From IMG/VR virus record IMGVR_UViG_3300027734_000034: 64,000 bases of DNA; one strand, given 5' to 3'. Position 1 is the stretch's first letter, and every line of letters starts with the position of its first letter. Under the pieces are notes generated by a model. That model had not been told where the DNA came from and made no database searches. It was given only the letters and a program-made list of their open reading frames with translations. Position numbers and translations under genes: made by a program. This DNA comes from a virus. Taxonomy: Duplodnaviria; Heunggongvirae; Uroviricota; Caudoviricetes. Positions 39,153 to 47,480 of the stretch are shown here, one piece after another.

Positions 39153-39611
39153 TTAGTTTGTTTTTGCGTTTTTTAAATATGTCTCGTTATGTATCCATTT
39201 GTTATTCGTAAAGAATCCCCAATCTCGTTGCTGAGGTCCCATAAAGAATAACGTAGTAGCAGGTTTGTTGTTATCCAGTTCAAGCCAATGATATTCATTT
39301 GACTTACGCATGATAATGCTTCCCGGGCCGCGCCATCTAATAAATTCAGCGAATTGCTCACCTTTACTATTAAATTGAGGGGTATGCTCATAGTAACCGC
39401 CACTAAGAATGATTGTCATAAAAGACCATGGATGATCATGCATAATTGGATCATCAGACCTTACAATCTTATGTAGTGTGACATTGAAGGGGAACCATTT
39501 GCGGTCTTTGAGAAAGACATAGTAACGGTGCATATAGTCTGCGCCAGTTCTACGATCTGGAATTAACCTGTATCGACCTAGTTTGTTCATAACCTTATGA
39601 AATATGTTCAT
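39153..39611 (-). CDS. Cupin-fold protein
   Basis: LHKIVRSD...HDHPWSFMTIILSGGYYE...HWLEL...TLFFMGP. Confidence 0.7.
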   Translation of the reverse strand: MNIFHKVMNKLGRYRLIPDRRTGADYMHRYYVFLKDRKWFPFNVTLHKIVRSDDPIMHDHPWSFMTIILSGGYYEHTPQFNSKGEQFAEFIRWRGPGSIIMRKSNEYHWLELDNNKPATTLFFMGPQQRDWGFFTNNKWIHNETYLKNAKTN

Positions 39612-39634
39612 GTAACTCCTAGTATAAAATAATT

Positions 39635-39655
39635 AACGGGCTTGAGGTGCCCGTT
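39635..39655 (-). terminator. Probable terminator
   Basis: aacgggc-7 nt-gcccgtt hairpin followed on the minus strand by aattatttt. Confidence 0.6.
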
Positions 39656-39673
39656 GAACCTAGCTAGTCAATA

Positions 39674-39931
39674 TTAGACTAGACCAAGAGCCAAAGCCTT
39701 GTAACCAGCAGCTACAACTTCACGGCTAGGACGACCCAAACGGTACTTAGTAGAAGTACGACCTTTAGTGTCGGTGTGCTTGTTAGCATATACAGCAAAA
39801 CCTGCATAACGCAAATCGCTAACAGTAGCGGTTGGGTTCTTCACGCCAAAACGTGCAGCAATTTGTTTTGCGGTGAGTTGCTCACCTTTTTGTAGTGCCT
39901 CTAAGACACGGGCTTGTTTAGTTAAAGTCAT
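39674..39931 (-). CDS. Small winged-helix/HTH DNA-binding protein
   Basis: MTLTKQARVLEALQKGEQLTAKQIAARFGVKNPTATVSDLRYAGFAVY; strong SD aaggaaa; followed by a terminator. Confidence 0.7.
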   Translation of the reverse strand: MTLTKQARVLEALQKGEQLTAKQIAARFGVKNPTATVSDLRYAGFAVYANKHTDTKGRTSTKYRLGRPSREVVAAGYKALALGLV

Positions 39932-40032
39932 TTTGTTTTCCTTATTAAATGATTCATCGTTGTTACGATGTACTACAATTATACGATAATATCTATTCTT
40001 ATACAAGAAGTATTGGACATATTGTTGCATAT

Positions 40033-40875
40033 TTAAATGTCCAAAAACAATGTCTGAAACACATCGGCTTGACTATCATGTCCTGCATAACCTCGAGGAT
40101 TGCAAACCACGCGGGTCGTACCAACCATGTAGTCACTAGGATCATGCATATGACCGTGAGTCCAAAGAACAATCTGTGGATGATCCAAGATAAATTCGCT
40201 CAAGTCGCTAGCATATCCACCGTTCATCAATTGATCATTGCGATAGCGTTCATGTATGCTATTCAATGTAGGTGCATGATGCCCTACAACAACAACTTTG
40301 TTATCTTTTCTATCAGCCAATACTGTTTTAAAATAAGCTACTGTTCTTTGATGGCGATGCATTGCGTGAGCAGGACGCAACTTAGTAAAGCCGAGTTCAT
40401 CATTACGAATGATTCTAAAGTCATTCATCATATCACCCAATGCATGTAATGTAAGAGGATCACCTTTGTTACAGTCAGTCCACAATGTTGCACCAATGAA
40501 TGTTACATCATCAATGACCTTAAGTTCTTGCTCAAGGAAATAGATGTTTGGAAACTTACTATATTCATCACGCAGGTACTGGATACTGGCTTTCCAATTA
40601 CCATGATAAAATTCGTGATTGCCTGCAATTACCACAACATGCGGGAATTGAAAACTACAACGTTTCATAAAGTCACGGAATCGTTGTGCTGATGCTTGTC
40701 TGCGACCTAAGTTAGGGATGTTCACCGGGTCCATTGGATGCACCTCAGGATGGTTGTGCAGGTCCTCAGCGACAAGAATATCGCCGGACAATATCAATAC
40801 ATCAGCATTCTCTGTATTCTGAATGTTGATATCTTGGAACTCTAAGTGCAGGTCACTGCACAATGCTATTTTCAT
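40033..40875 (-). CDS. Calcineurin-like metallophosphoesterase
   Basis: SDLHLE, SGDI, AGNHEFY, GATLWTD, GHHAP, WTHGHMH, NPRGY. Confidence 0.9.
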   Translation of the reverse strand: MKIALCSDLHLEFQDINIQNTENADVLILSGDILVAEDLHNHPEVHPMDPVNIPNLGRRQASAQRFRDFMKRCSFQFPHVVVIAGNHEFYHGNWKASIQYLRDEYSKFPNIYFLEQELKVIDDVTFIGATLWTDCNKGDPLTLHALGDMMNDFRIIRNDELGFTKLRPAHAMHRHQRTVAYFKTVLADRKDNKVVVVGHHAPTLNSIHERYRNDQLMNGGYASDLSEFILDHPQIVLWTHGHMHDPSDYMVGTTRVVCNPRGYAGHDSQADVFQTLFLDI

Positions 40876-41240
40876 TTTAATGCTTTTTTCATTTGTTTAT
40901 CGTTCATATAAACATCATATGTGTTTGGCCCAGTTTGATGTAATGCTAACAAGTCTGATTGACTTATTGATGTTCCCACAACGCTAGCCTTTTTCCCTAC
41001 GGGAACATTTTCATTTTCCTCGTGTGTAATATTTAGTTCCATAGGCTCACCTGTTTCATCTACTGCCATAGAATTCAGTAGATAGTCATCTTCATCTAGT
41101 TCCATGATTAACCCACTCATGTACTTTTTATCATGCGGGTTATGAACATCAAAAATTTCTAGCCCGTAGTATTCTGGGAAGCGAGAAATCAATGTTGCGC
41201 CATTCCGTTTCAATTCTAGTATGCGATCAAATCCGTTCAT
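40872..41240 (-). CDS. Hypothetical protein
   Basis: SD aggaa; sigma70 promoter upstream. Confidence 0.6.
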   Translation of the reverse strand: MNGFDRILELKRNGATLISRFPEYYGLEIFDVHNPHDKKYMSGLIMELDEDDYLLNSMAVDETGEPMELNITHEENENVPVGKKASVVGTSISQSDLLALHQTGPNTYDVYMNDKQMKKALK

Positions 41241-41267
41241 AATCTATTCCTAAGTAATTAAAATAGT

Positions 41268-41296
41268 AGTATACACTAAGTTTGATTTATAGTCAA
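41268..41296 (-). promoter_or_regulatory. sigma70 promoter
   Basis: TTGACT-17 nt-TATACT. Confidence 0.75.
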
Positions 41297-41298
41297 TC

Positions 41299-41565
41299 TT
41301 ATTTTGTTAACAATTCTATTAATTTCTTTTGGGTGATAACCTCGTGAACACCCTTTACTTCTTTTACTATCATTTCCATCTCAACGATTTCCCAATCAGA
41401 TATTTTGTGACTCTGATGTTGGTTTGACATAACAACTGTCAGGAATGATCGTAAGCCTCCAATCTTTTGAAAGATTCGTCCAATATTATCATAGTGATTA
41501 TGATATGGAGTACCACTTACAAACATCGCTGGGTTGTCTTTACTTCTAATCTTGTAATAAATCAT
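41299..41565 (-). CDS. Hypothetical early protein
   Basis: Probable start MIYYKIRSK. Confidence 0.55.
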   Translation of the reverse strand: MIYYKIRSKDNPAMFVSGTPYHNHYDNIGRIFQKIGGLRSFLTVVMSNQHQSHKISDWEIVEMEMIVKEVKGVHEVITQKKLIELLTK

Positions 41566-41570
41566 TACAT

Positions 41571-41816
41571 TTAACCGTGTTTTAAAACAAACCATACCTC
41601 ATCACTATTAGTATTAATTCGTATTTCAGTCAAAGTACGGTATTCACCACTAAATATGAATTCTGTATCGTAATTAAATTTGCTCTTTAAAAATTTTTTG
41701 ATATTGGTATGATACTCAACTGTACTTTCAGGGTTTGTTACTGGTCCGATTAATTTATAAAATGCATTTGTAACATTTTCATTTTTGGTAGGCCTAACCA
41801 TGTCAATTATAATCAT
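41571..41816 (-). CDS. Hypothetical early protein
   Basis: Probable start at 41816 (ATGA overlap). Confidence 0.5.
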   Translation of the reverse strand: MIIIDMVRPTKNENVTNAFYKLIGPVTNPESTVEYHTNIKKFLKSKFNYDTEFIFSGEYRTLTEIRINTNSDEVWFVLKHG

Positions 41817-42145
41817 ACTAATTCTGCTATATGTTTGCAAGTGCCACGGAATGTATATCCAGGGCAGGTGCATGACTTTTCTTCTGTGTCAATAGAGTAC
41901 ACCTGACCCTTGCTACCGGACACTTTGATAATTGTACTCTTTTCTTTAACCTTTTTAAAGGGATTTGGGTTAAGTGCTACAAACTTACGACCACGCTTGT
42001 CAATAGTCAGTGGTGTTTTGAAATAGAGTGGCGTAGTAGAACCCTGCTTGATGTATGCAAGCACCTTGGTACCATCAAGCAAATATTTATGATTGGGCTG
42101 AACATCTCCCGACCATACTGTTGTTTCTACTACTGCTTCCATCAT
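41813..42145 (-). CDS. SWIM zinc-finger protein
   Basis: VYSIDTEEKSCTCPGYTFRGTCKHI (CxC...CxH). Confidence 0.75.
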   Translation of the reverse strand: MMEAVVETTVWSGDVQPNHKYLLDGTKVLAYIKQGSTTPLYFKTPLTIDKRGRKFVALNPNPFKKVKEKSTIIKVSGSKGQVYSIDTEEKSCTCPGYTFRGTCKHIAELV

Positions 42146-42348
42146 TAAACCTTAAACAAATCGTTGAGTGAAGTCCACGGAACAGTGGAATAGTTACTAT
42201 CATAACTATCATTCACCAGTCGATACTTACGGCCCATGGATTTTATATACTCGCCCTGACCGTCAGTATAAACCCGTCGCATTTCTGTATAGGTGTTTTT
42301 CACAACTCCGTCCAGTAGCGCACGACAGGTAATTTTACGCTTGTTCAT
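42145..42348 (-). CDS. Hypothetical early protein
   Basis: Coupled overlaps at both ends. Confidence 0.55.
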   Translation of the reverse strand: MNKRKITCRALLDGVVKNTYTEMRRVYTDGQGEYIKSMGRKYRLVNDSYDSNYSTVPWTSLNDLFKV

Positions 42349-42494
42349 TTTTCAACTCCGTACTTGGCAAGTTCCTCGAAGGTGTTGATGGTGCCATCTT
42401 CAATCAATGCAATCAAACAATCAAACTCGTCACGATCACTAGAGCCAAACTCGTCTTCCTGCTCGTAAGCTAGGGCTAGTAGTTGTTCTTTCAT
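42345..42494 (-). CDS. Hypothetical 49-aa acidic protein (MKEQLLALAYEQEDEF...YGVEK)
   Basis: Below the track cut-off; TAATG and ATGA overlaps on either side. Confidence 0.65.
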   Translation of the reverse strand: MKEQLLALAYEQEDEFGSSDRDEFDCLIALIEDGTINTFEELAKYGVEK

Positions 42495-42961
42495 TATGCA
42501 GTCACCTTAGCCAATTGCTCAGCCAATACATACAATTGTCCAGGCACCATTGAATCATGGCTACGATTAACACCAACATACCACACACCATCACACATAA
42601 TGTAATAGTATTCGCAATCATATTCCTTGCTCAAAAATTCGGCATACGATTGGTCCACTGTGAATTCAACATTTTTATCGCCGCGATCACGACCATAGAA
42701 TGTAGTCATCTTGCCGTACAATTCGGCATACTTTTCATGGGAGATGTTAGGGATAACATCGCAACCGCTGAAGGGATGTTTTTCACCGATTTCTTCTTTA
42801 AGACTAGAGATAAAACCAAGAGCAACCAGATGATTTGCCTTAGCACTATCATAGTGGTCCTGCAGGATACGACCATTGTGTTCCAGATAACCATCCCAGT
42901 GACAGTAAACGCTTTTCAGTTTCTCACCATGCATGACACCGATTCGTGAACGTGTACCCAT
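42494..42961 (-). CDS. Hypothetical early phage protein (GTRS...YCHWDGY family)
   Basis: MGTRSRIG...SVYCHWDGYLEHNGRILQDHY; SD aggag; own promoter. Confidence 0.7.
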   Translation of the reverse strand: MGTRSRIGVMHGEKLKSVYCHWDGYLEHNGRILQDHYDSAKANHLVALGFISSLKEEIGEKHPFSGCDVIPNISHEKYAELYGKMTTFYGRDRGDKNVEFTVDQSYAEFLSKEYDCEYYYIMCDGVWYVGVNRSHDSMVPGQLYVLAEQLAKVTA

Positions 42962-42974
42962 TTGAAACTCCTGT

Positions 42975-43023
42975 TGTTAACTGATTAAGACTCTATTATA
43001 TACCCGAATCCATTTATTGTCAA
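42975..43023 (-). promoter_or_regulatory. Repeated early promoter cassette, copy 1
   Basis: TTGACA-ataaatggattcgggta-TATAAT-agagtcttaatcagttaac. Confidence 0.85.
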
Positions 43024-43026
43024 CTA

Positions 43027-43350
43027 TTAAGATCCAGTGTGCAACATTAGGACTTCAGGGTTAGCAGTATTTTGCTCAAAAGCCTCGATAAAATTGTGAT
43101 GTGTTTTGGACCGATTGAGCACCGCATTTGCTGCAACAAACAAAGCCGCATAAGTAAGACCATTAATTTCCACAGTAATATCTTTGCCAAAGAAGTCTTT
43201 GTATGTCAAGAATTTGACACCTTCGTAGGGATGACGGTCGCTAAGATTGTCAATCTCATAGATGGACCAAATAGCACTCAATCCCAACTCCTCACGAACG
43301 GTCTCGTAGTAGTCAAATTTAGTGTCAAATTCTGTATCTGTCATTTTCAA
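43027..43350 (-). CDS. Hypothetical early protein
   Basis: Own promoter cassette and SD aagga. Confidence 0.65.
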   Translation of the reverse strand: MKMTDTEFDTKFDYYETVREELGLSAIWSIYEIDNLSDRHPYEGVKFLTYKDFFGKDITVEINGLTYAALFVAANAVLNRSKTHHNFIEAFEQNTANPEVLMLHTGS

Positions 43351-43408
43351 GTCCTTTAATTAACTGTCTAAGTATGTATTATATACCCAAAACCATTTAA
43401 TGTCAACC
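43351..43408 (-). repeat. Repeated early promoter cassette, copy 2 (near-identical to copy 3)
   Basis: ggTTGACA-ttaaatggttttgggta-TATAAT-acatacttagacagttaattaaaggac. Confidence 0.9.
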
Positions 43409-43681
43409 TTAAACTAGGTCCACTTGAATCTGTTTACCGCGGATAGTAGTGCCAAGTCCAGTTGGGATAGCTTTGCGGTGTGCTTTAGCCAAGTATCGCT
43501 CAGCCGCTAGCATTTCCATCGCATCCCAGCACAATACGCGGGCGTTAGTGGTAGCAAACATTTCGGTCATTTGCTGGACTGTCATGTACATGCCAATGTC
43601 GTTCTCGGAGCCATCGCCCTTGAAAATCACACGGAATTTTTGAGAATTTTTCAAACCTTCAATGATAGTCTTTGTACGCAT
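43409..43681 (-). CDS. Hypothetical early protein
   Basis: Flanked by promoter cassettes. Confidence 0.65.
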   Translation of the reverse strand: MRTKTIIEGLKNSQKFRVIFKGDGSENDIGMYMTVQQMTEMFATTNARVLCWDAMEMLAAERYLAKAHRKAIPTGLGTTIRGKQIQVDLV

Positions 43682-43687
43682 TTTCTT

Positions 43688-43745
43688 GTCCTTTAATTAA
43701 CTGTCTAAGTATGTATTATATACCCAAAACCATTTGTTGTCAACC
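43688..43745 (-). repeat. Repeated early promoter cassette, copy 3
   Basis: ggTTGACA-acaaatggttttgggta-TATAAT-acatacttagacagttaattaaaggac. Confidence 0.9.
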
Positions 43746-43746
43746 T

Positions 43747-43842
43747 TTAGGGTTTCATCATAAACGCAAAGTAATAGAAAAACGGGCCAAACATCACCGA
43801 AGTGATGATGGCCGCTTGAAGTAGTTCAATTAAGTATTTCAT
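43747..43842 (-). CDS. 31-aa hydrophobic peptide (MKYLIELLQAAIITSVMFGPFFYYFAFMMKP), probably leaderless
   Basis: Fills the gap between two promoter cassettes exactly; ATG 6 nt after the -10 box. Confidence 0.6.
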   Translation of the reverse strand: MKYLIELLQAAIITSVMFGPFFYYFAFMMKP

Positions 43843-43848
43843 GTTGTA

Positions 43849-43877
43849 AGTATAGCACAAAACCCATTTATTGTCAA
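43849..43877 (-). promoter_or_regulatory. Repeated early promoter cassette, copy 4
   Basis: cggTTGACA-ataaatgggttttgtgc-TATACT. Confidence 0.85.
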
Positions 43878-44917
43878 CCGTAAGTTATATAGTCTCTTAT
43901 ATTGATTTTTCTTAAGGAATCTTGTTTTTTGACAAAATTATCAAAATCAGTTTGATTGTCATTCCCACTAGCAATTAAGTTAGAGTAATGATTCAAAGTT
44001 GAATTTTCTTCTTTGGTAAATTTTTCTCTAGCTGCCAAAGTAAATGAATTTACACTAGTTATCAAAAGTTCTTTTTTGTCAGCTATGTTATTGAAACTAT
44101 GACCTATATTATGTTCTTTCACAAAGTTTATAATATTATCAAAATCATAAATATTCAATGCAGTAAGTGTGGTATATAAATTGATACTAACTGCTTCATA
44201 ATTGCTTGCAAATTTTTTATATTTTTCTAATACATCACAAAAAATATTCCACTTAGTGGGCCATCTCATATATTCTTGAACTTTTCCTACTCCATCTAGA
44301 CTTATAGTAATTTGTATGGAGATACCTGTTTCAGCGATAGGAATTAACTCATCCATAAATGAGGTACAATTAGTATTAACTCTAATTGATTTTATATTTG
44401 GTGGCAAACTTTTTAATACTTCTTTTATATTTTTGCTATTGCTTGGTTCGCCACCAGTTAAGTCTAGTTGAGTTATTCTATCAATGGGCAATACTTTACT
44501 ATTATAATAAGGAGTAGCATCTCTTATTTCATAATTAGAAGATATTAAAGATGCTATCTTAGTACTAACATGCGGACTACAAAATTGACATGCAGTATTA
44601 CAAATATTATCTAACATTAAATCTACTGTTAGATAATCAATATCAGATTGCATTTTCATATCTTCGTTATAATACATCCTATCACTTTTTTGATTAATTT
44701 CTTCTTTTTCTTGGCACCGAACGCATTCTTTGGGAAATTTATTTTCTTTAAAAGTATTTTTTATATTTTTCATCCAGTTACTGTTTATCATTTCGCTATA
44801 ACTAGAAAAAAAAGGTATATCGTTCATAACGCAACACCCACTGATCACTGCATTTGATCCAAACTCAACATAAGGTGGTGTAAGTTTAGCATAGTGATCA
44901 AGTCTAGCACAGTACAT
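43874..44917 (-). CDS. Radical SAM protein with extra Cys clusters (Twitch/SPASM-like)
   Basis: LMLDNICNTACQFCSP (CxxxCxxC), LTGGEP, ISLDG; N-terminal GCC...C..C; coupled to clpP by TAATG. Confidence 0.85.
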   Translation of the reverse strand: MYCARLDHYAKLTPPYVEFGSNAVISGCCVMNDIPFFSSYSEMINSNWMKNIKNTFKENKFPKECVRCQEKEEINQKSDRMYYNEDMKMQSDIDYLTVDLMLDNICNTACQFCSPHVSTKIASLISSNYEIRDATPYYNSKVLPIDRITQLDLTGGEPSNSKNIKEVLKSLPPNIKSIRVNTNCTSFMDELIPIAETGISIQITISLDGVGKVQEYMRWPTKWNIFCDVLEKYKKFASNYEAVSINLYTTLTALNIYDFDNIINFVKEHNIGHSFNNIADKKELLITSVNSFTLAAREKFTKEENSTLNHYSNLIASGNDNQTDFDNFVKKQDSLRKINIRDYITYG

Positions 44918-45504
44918 TACGGACGCTTTTTCAGTACAGAATCAGCTAATCCGTATGCTACTGCTTCGGTAGCACTCATAAAAAAGTCTCGTTCCATATC
45001 TTTAGCTAGTTCCTCGTATGTCTTACCAACACTATTGTGGTCAACATAGATTTGTGTAAGACATTTTTTCATAGTTATAATTTCTCTGACTTGAATTTCC
45101 ATGTCGGTAGCTTGACCTCGTGCGCCACCACTGGGCTGATGAATCATATGCCTTGCGTTGGGCAACATATAACGCTTACCTTTTGCTCCCGCTTGTGCAA
45201 GCAAACTACCCATACTACATGCTTGACCCATGACGATGGTCATAACATCAGGCTTAATGAATTGCATACAATCGTAGATTGCCATACCAGCAGTTACACT
45301 ACCACCTGGGCTATTGATGTAAACACTAATATCCTTCTCGCCTTCGCTTTCTAAGTAAAGCAATTGGGCAACGACTAGATTTGCCATTTGATCGTGTACT
45401 TCGCCCTCAAGCAAAATAACACGGTCACGCAACATGCGGCTGTATATATCATAACTACGCTCACCTTTGCTTGTTTGTTCTAAAACCATTGGGACTAAAC
45501 TCAT
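44917..45504 (-). CDS. clpP: ATP-dependent Clp protease proteolytic subunit ClpP
   Basis: [17 protein letters not shown] (Ser), MIHQPSGG (His), DMERDFFM (Asp); start MSLVPMV at 45504 with SD aaggaag. Confidence 0.95.
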   Translation of the reverse strand: MSLVPMVLEQTSKGERSYDIYSRMLRDRVILLEGEVHDQMANLVVAQLLYLESEGEKDISVYINSPGGSVTAGMAIYDCMQFIKPDVMTIVMGQACSMGSLLAQAGAKGKRYMLPNARHMIHQPSGGARGQATDMEIQVREIITMKKCLTQIYVDHNSVGKTYEELAKDMERDFFMSATEAVAYGLADSVLKKRP

Positions 45505-45523
45505 ATACTTCCTTAAAATTAAA

Positions 45524-45552
45524 AGTATAACAGAAAGATTAGCTAGTTGCAA
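45524..45552 (-). promoter_or_regulatory. sigma70 promoter of clpP
   Basis: TTGCAA-17 nt-TATACT. Confidence 0.65.
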
Positions 45553-45561
45553 CTATATTGG

Positions 45562-47091
45562 TTACCGTTTGCGTTTTTCTCTTGTACCTACTTCTTTGGG
45601 TTTTGATACTGGGTTGACGATATTTTTAGATGCAGTTGCTAATTGATCAATGCCTGCACTTTTTTCTCGTTTGGCTCTAGGTGTAGTTGTTGTCTGTTCA
45701 TCATCTTTTGGCGCACCAGAACCTTTGTCAATTTTAAATGTGTAATTACCTTTTATACCAGTACTATAATATGTTTTACCTGCTGATAGATAAACGCCTT
45801 TGATGCTTGTACCTGGATAAATTGTATTGAATTCTTGCAGTGTCCATTTACCTTTGCCTTCACTTGCTTTGGTATACATCTGTACTAATGCACCATTGTT
45901 TAATATATCAGCAGCAGCTTTACTAAAATTTGTTTTTTCATTTACTTCTTGTGCTGCTTTATGCGCTACTGCTGCCATCAAGTGATAATACAAATTAACA
46001 TTATCTGGGTCATCTGTGTTACGTTCTTCTGCTAACTTTGTTAAATTATCACTAAGTCCAAGTTGTCCAAGATTATCTAAACTAACAGGACCTATTTTCT
46101 TAAATGCTCTGATCATTTCAACATCGTCTGGACTAATGATACCATAACGTACACCCAGCATCAATGGAGAACCTGCTTGTCCTGCATCTTGTATCTCACG
46201 TAATATATCAACTACTTCTTTATGTTTGTTTAAGAATTTTCCACCATCCGGGGTTTCTGCTATCTTATCAATCTGATCAATCAAATTACTTGCGCTAGCT
46301 GTAGCACCTTTGCCACCTTTTGTACTAACTAATACGCTACCACCTTGACTATTAGTTATAACGCTATCACTAAGTCCTGCTGTTTTACTATCATCAAAAC
46401 TAATCAATGTCTTTTGAAATGTTCCACCTAAAAACTTATTTGCAGCTTCACCGGCATTACCGGTGTATTGACCTTTTTGCAATGCTATTGGTTGTAGTAT
46501 CTCACAGAAGTAATCACGAAAAGCCGAAAAGCTAACTCCCTCAGGTGCTTCAAATGATATTGGTAATGGTTGTCCTATTGCGATATTATGTGCTAGTGCA
46601 TACAATGGACTATCTGTTCCTAAACTGCTAGCAAGTTGATTCATTATCTTTGAGATAGTTAAATCAAGTTTGTCAGTTAATAAATCTTGTGGACTTAAGC
46701 CAGCATCTGCTTTTGCTGCTGCTTTACCGCCAAACTTATATGTTGAACCATCTACTGTGAATGTGTTTGATACTTTGTTATCAGTAAGTGAGGGCTTAAC
46801 TTCTTGTAGATATTGTCCAATAACAAAAGTACCAAATGAGATTATTGCAAACCCACCTGTACGTCCAGAACGACTATTTTGCCATTGAATATCTGGAACT
46901 TGTTGTTCAATTTGAATTAATGCTTGATCTAATTCTTCGGGTGTAAATTTGCCACCACCTTCCGGGAAGAATTTAATATCGTTAAATATTGCTTCATCAC
47001 CGTTTTCATTTTTGAAAACGTCGCCTGGTTTGCGACCTGCTAATCCTGTACTTTCGTTCAGTTGGTCTAATAATGTTATAAATTCACGCAT
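45562..47091 (-). CDS. Hypothetical late protein, 509 aa
   Basis: N-terminus MREFITLLDQLNE; TAAATA at 47099-47104; possible PD-(D/E)xK-like DSV...VSTKGG segment (weak). Confidence 0.65.
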   Translation of the reverse strand: MREFITLLDQLNESTGLAGRKPGDVFKNENGDEAIFNDIKFFPEGGGKFTPEELDQALIQIEQQVPDIQWQNSRSGRTGGFAIISFGTFVIGQYLQEVKPSLTDNKVSNTFTVDGSTYKFGGKAAAKADAGLSPQDLLTDKLDLTISKIMNQLASSLGTDSPLYALAHNIAIGQPLPISFEAPEGVSFSAFRDYFCEILQPIALQKGQYTGNAGEAANKFLGGTFQKTLISFDDSKTAGLSDSVITNSQGGSVLVSTKGGKGATASASNLIDQIDKIAETPDGGKFLNKHKEVVDILREIQDAGQAGSPLMLGVRYGIISPDDVEMIRAFKKIGPVSLDNLGQLGLSDNLTKLAEERNTDDPDNVNLYYHLMAAVAHKAAQEVNEKTNFSKAAADILNNGALVQMYTKASEGKGKWTLQEFNTIYPGTSIKGVYLSAGKTYYSTGIKGNYTFKIDKGSGAPKDDEQTTTTPRAKREKSAGIDQLATASKNIVNPVSKPKEVGTREKRKR

Positions 47092-47162
47092 AGTTTAGTA
47101 TTTATCTATAGGAAAAATTATAAATTTATTGCCCGATAGTAAATACAATGAAGGAGAAAATT

Positions 47163-47480
47163 ATGTTAAAATTTCTAAAAAGTCTGTTTGGTATGGGACC
47201 ATATAGCGAGAGTCGCCCGATTGATGCAGTTGCACCTGGTGCAGCACCTTATAAGGTACCAGAACCCGCTGCAACTACGCCGATTCCGTATGTTCCCGAA
47301 TCACCACTTGTGAAGTTAGGTCCTGAGCCTACCGCAGTGCCGGTCGTTGAAACTACACCTAAGCCAAAAGCAGTAGCTAAACCGAAAGCAACAAAGCCAG
47401 CTGTAAAGCCAGCAGCTAAAGCACCAGCTAAGCCAAAAGCACCAGCAACAAAAAAGCCTAAGATTAGCATTGCTAAGTAA
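47163..47480 (+). CDS. Pro/Ala/Lys-rich histone-H1-like basic protein
   Basis: KPKAVAKPKATKPAVKPAAKAPAKPKAPATKKPK; late promoter 47140-47145, SD aaggag. Confidence 0.6.
   Translation: MLKFLKSLFGMGPYSESRPIDAVAPGAAPYKVPEPAATTPIPYVPESPLVKLGPEPTAVPVVETTPKPKAVAKPKATKPAVKPAAKAPAKPKAPATKKPKISIAK

Noticed and set aside
42961-43880. Repeats as a CRISPR array or attC sites
   Set aside because: The intervening sequences are whole ORFs of variable length (about 100-330 bp), the repeats are TTGACA-17-TATAAT promoters rather than palindromes, and no cas or integrase gene is in the window.
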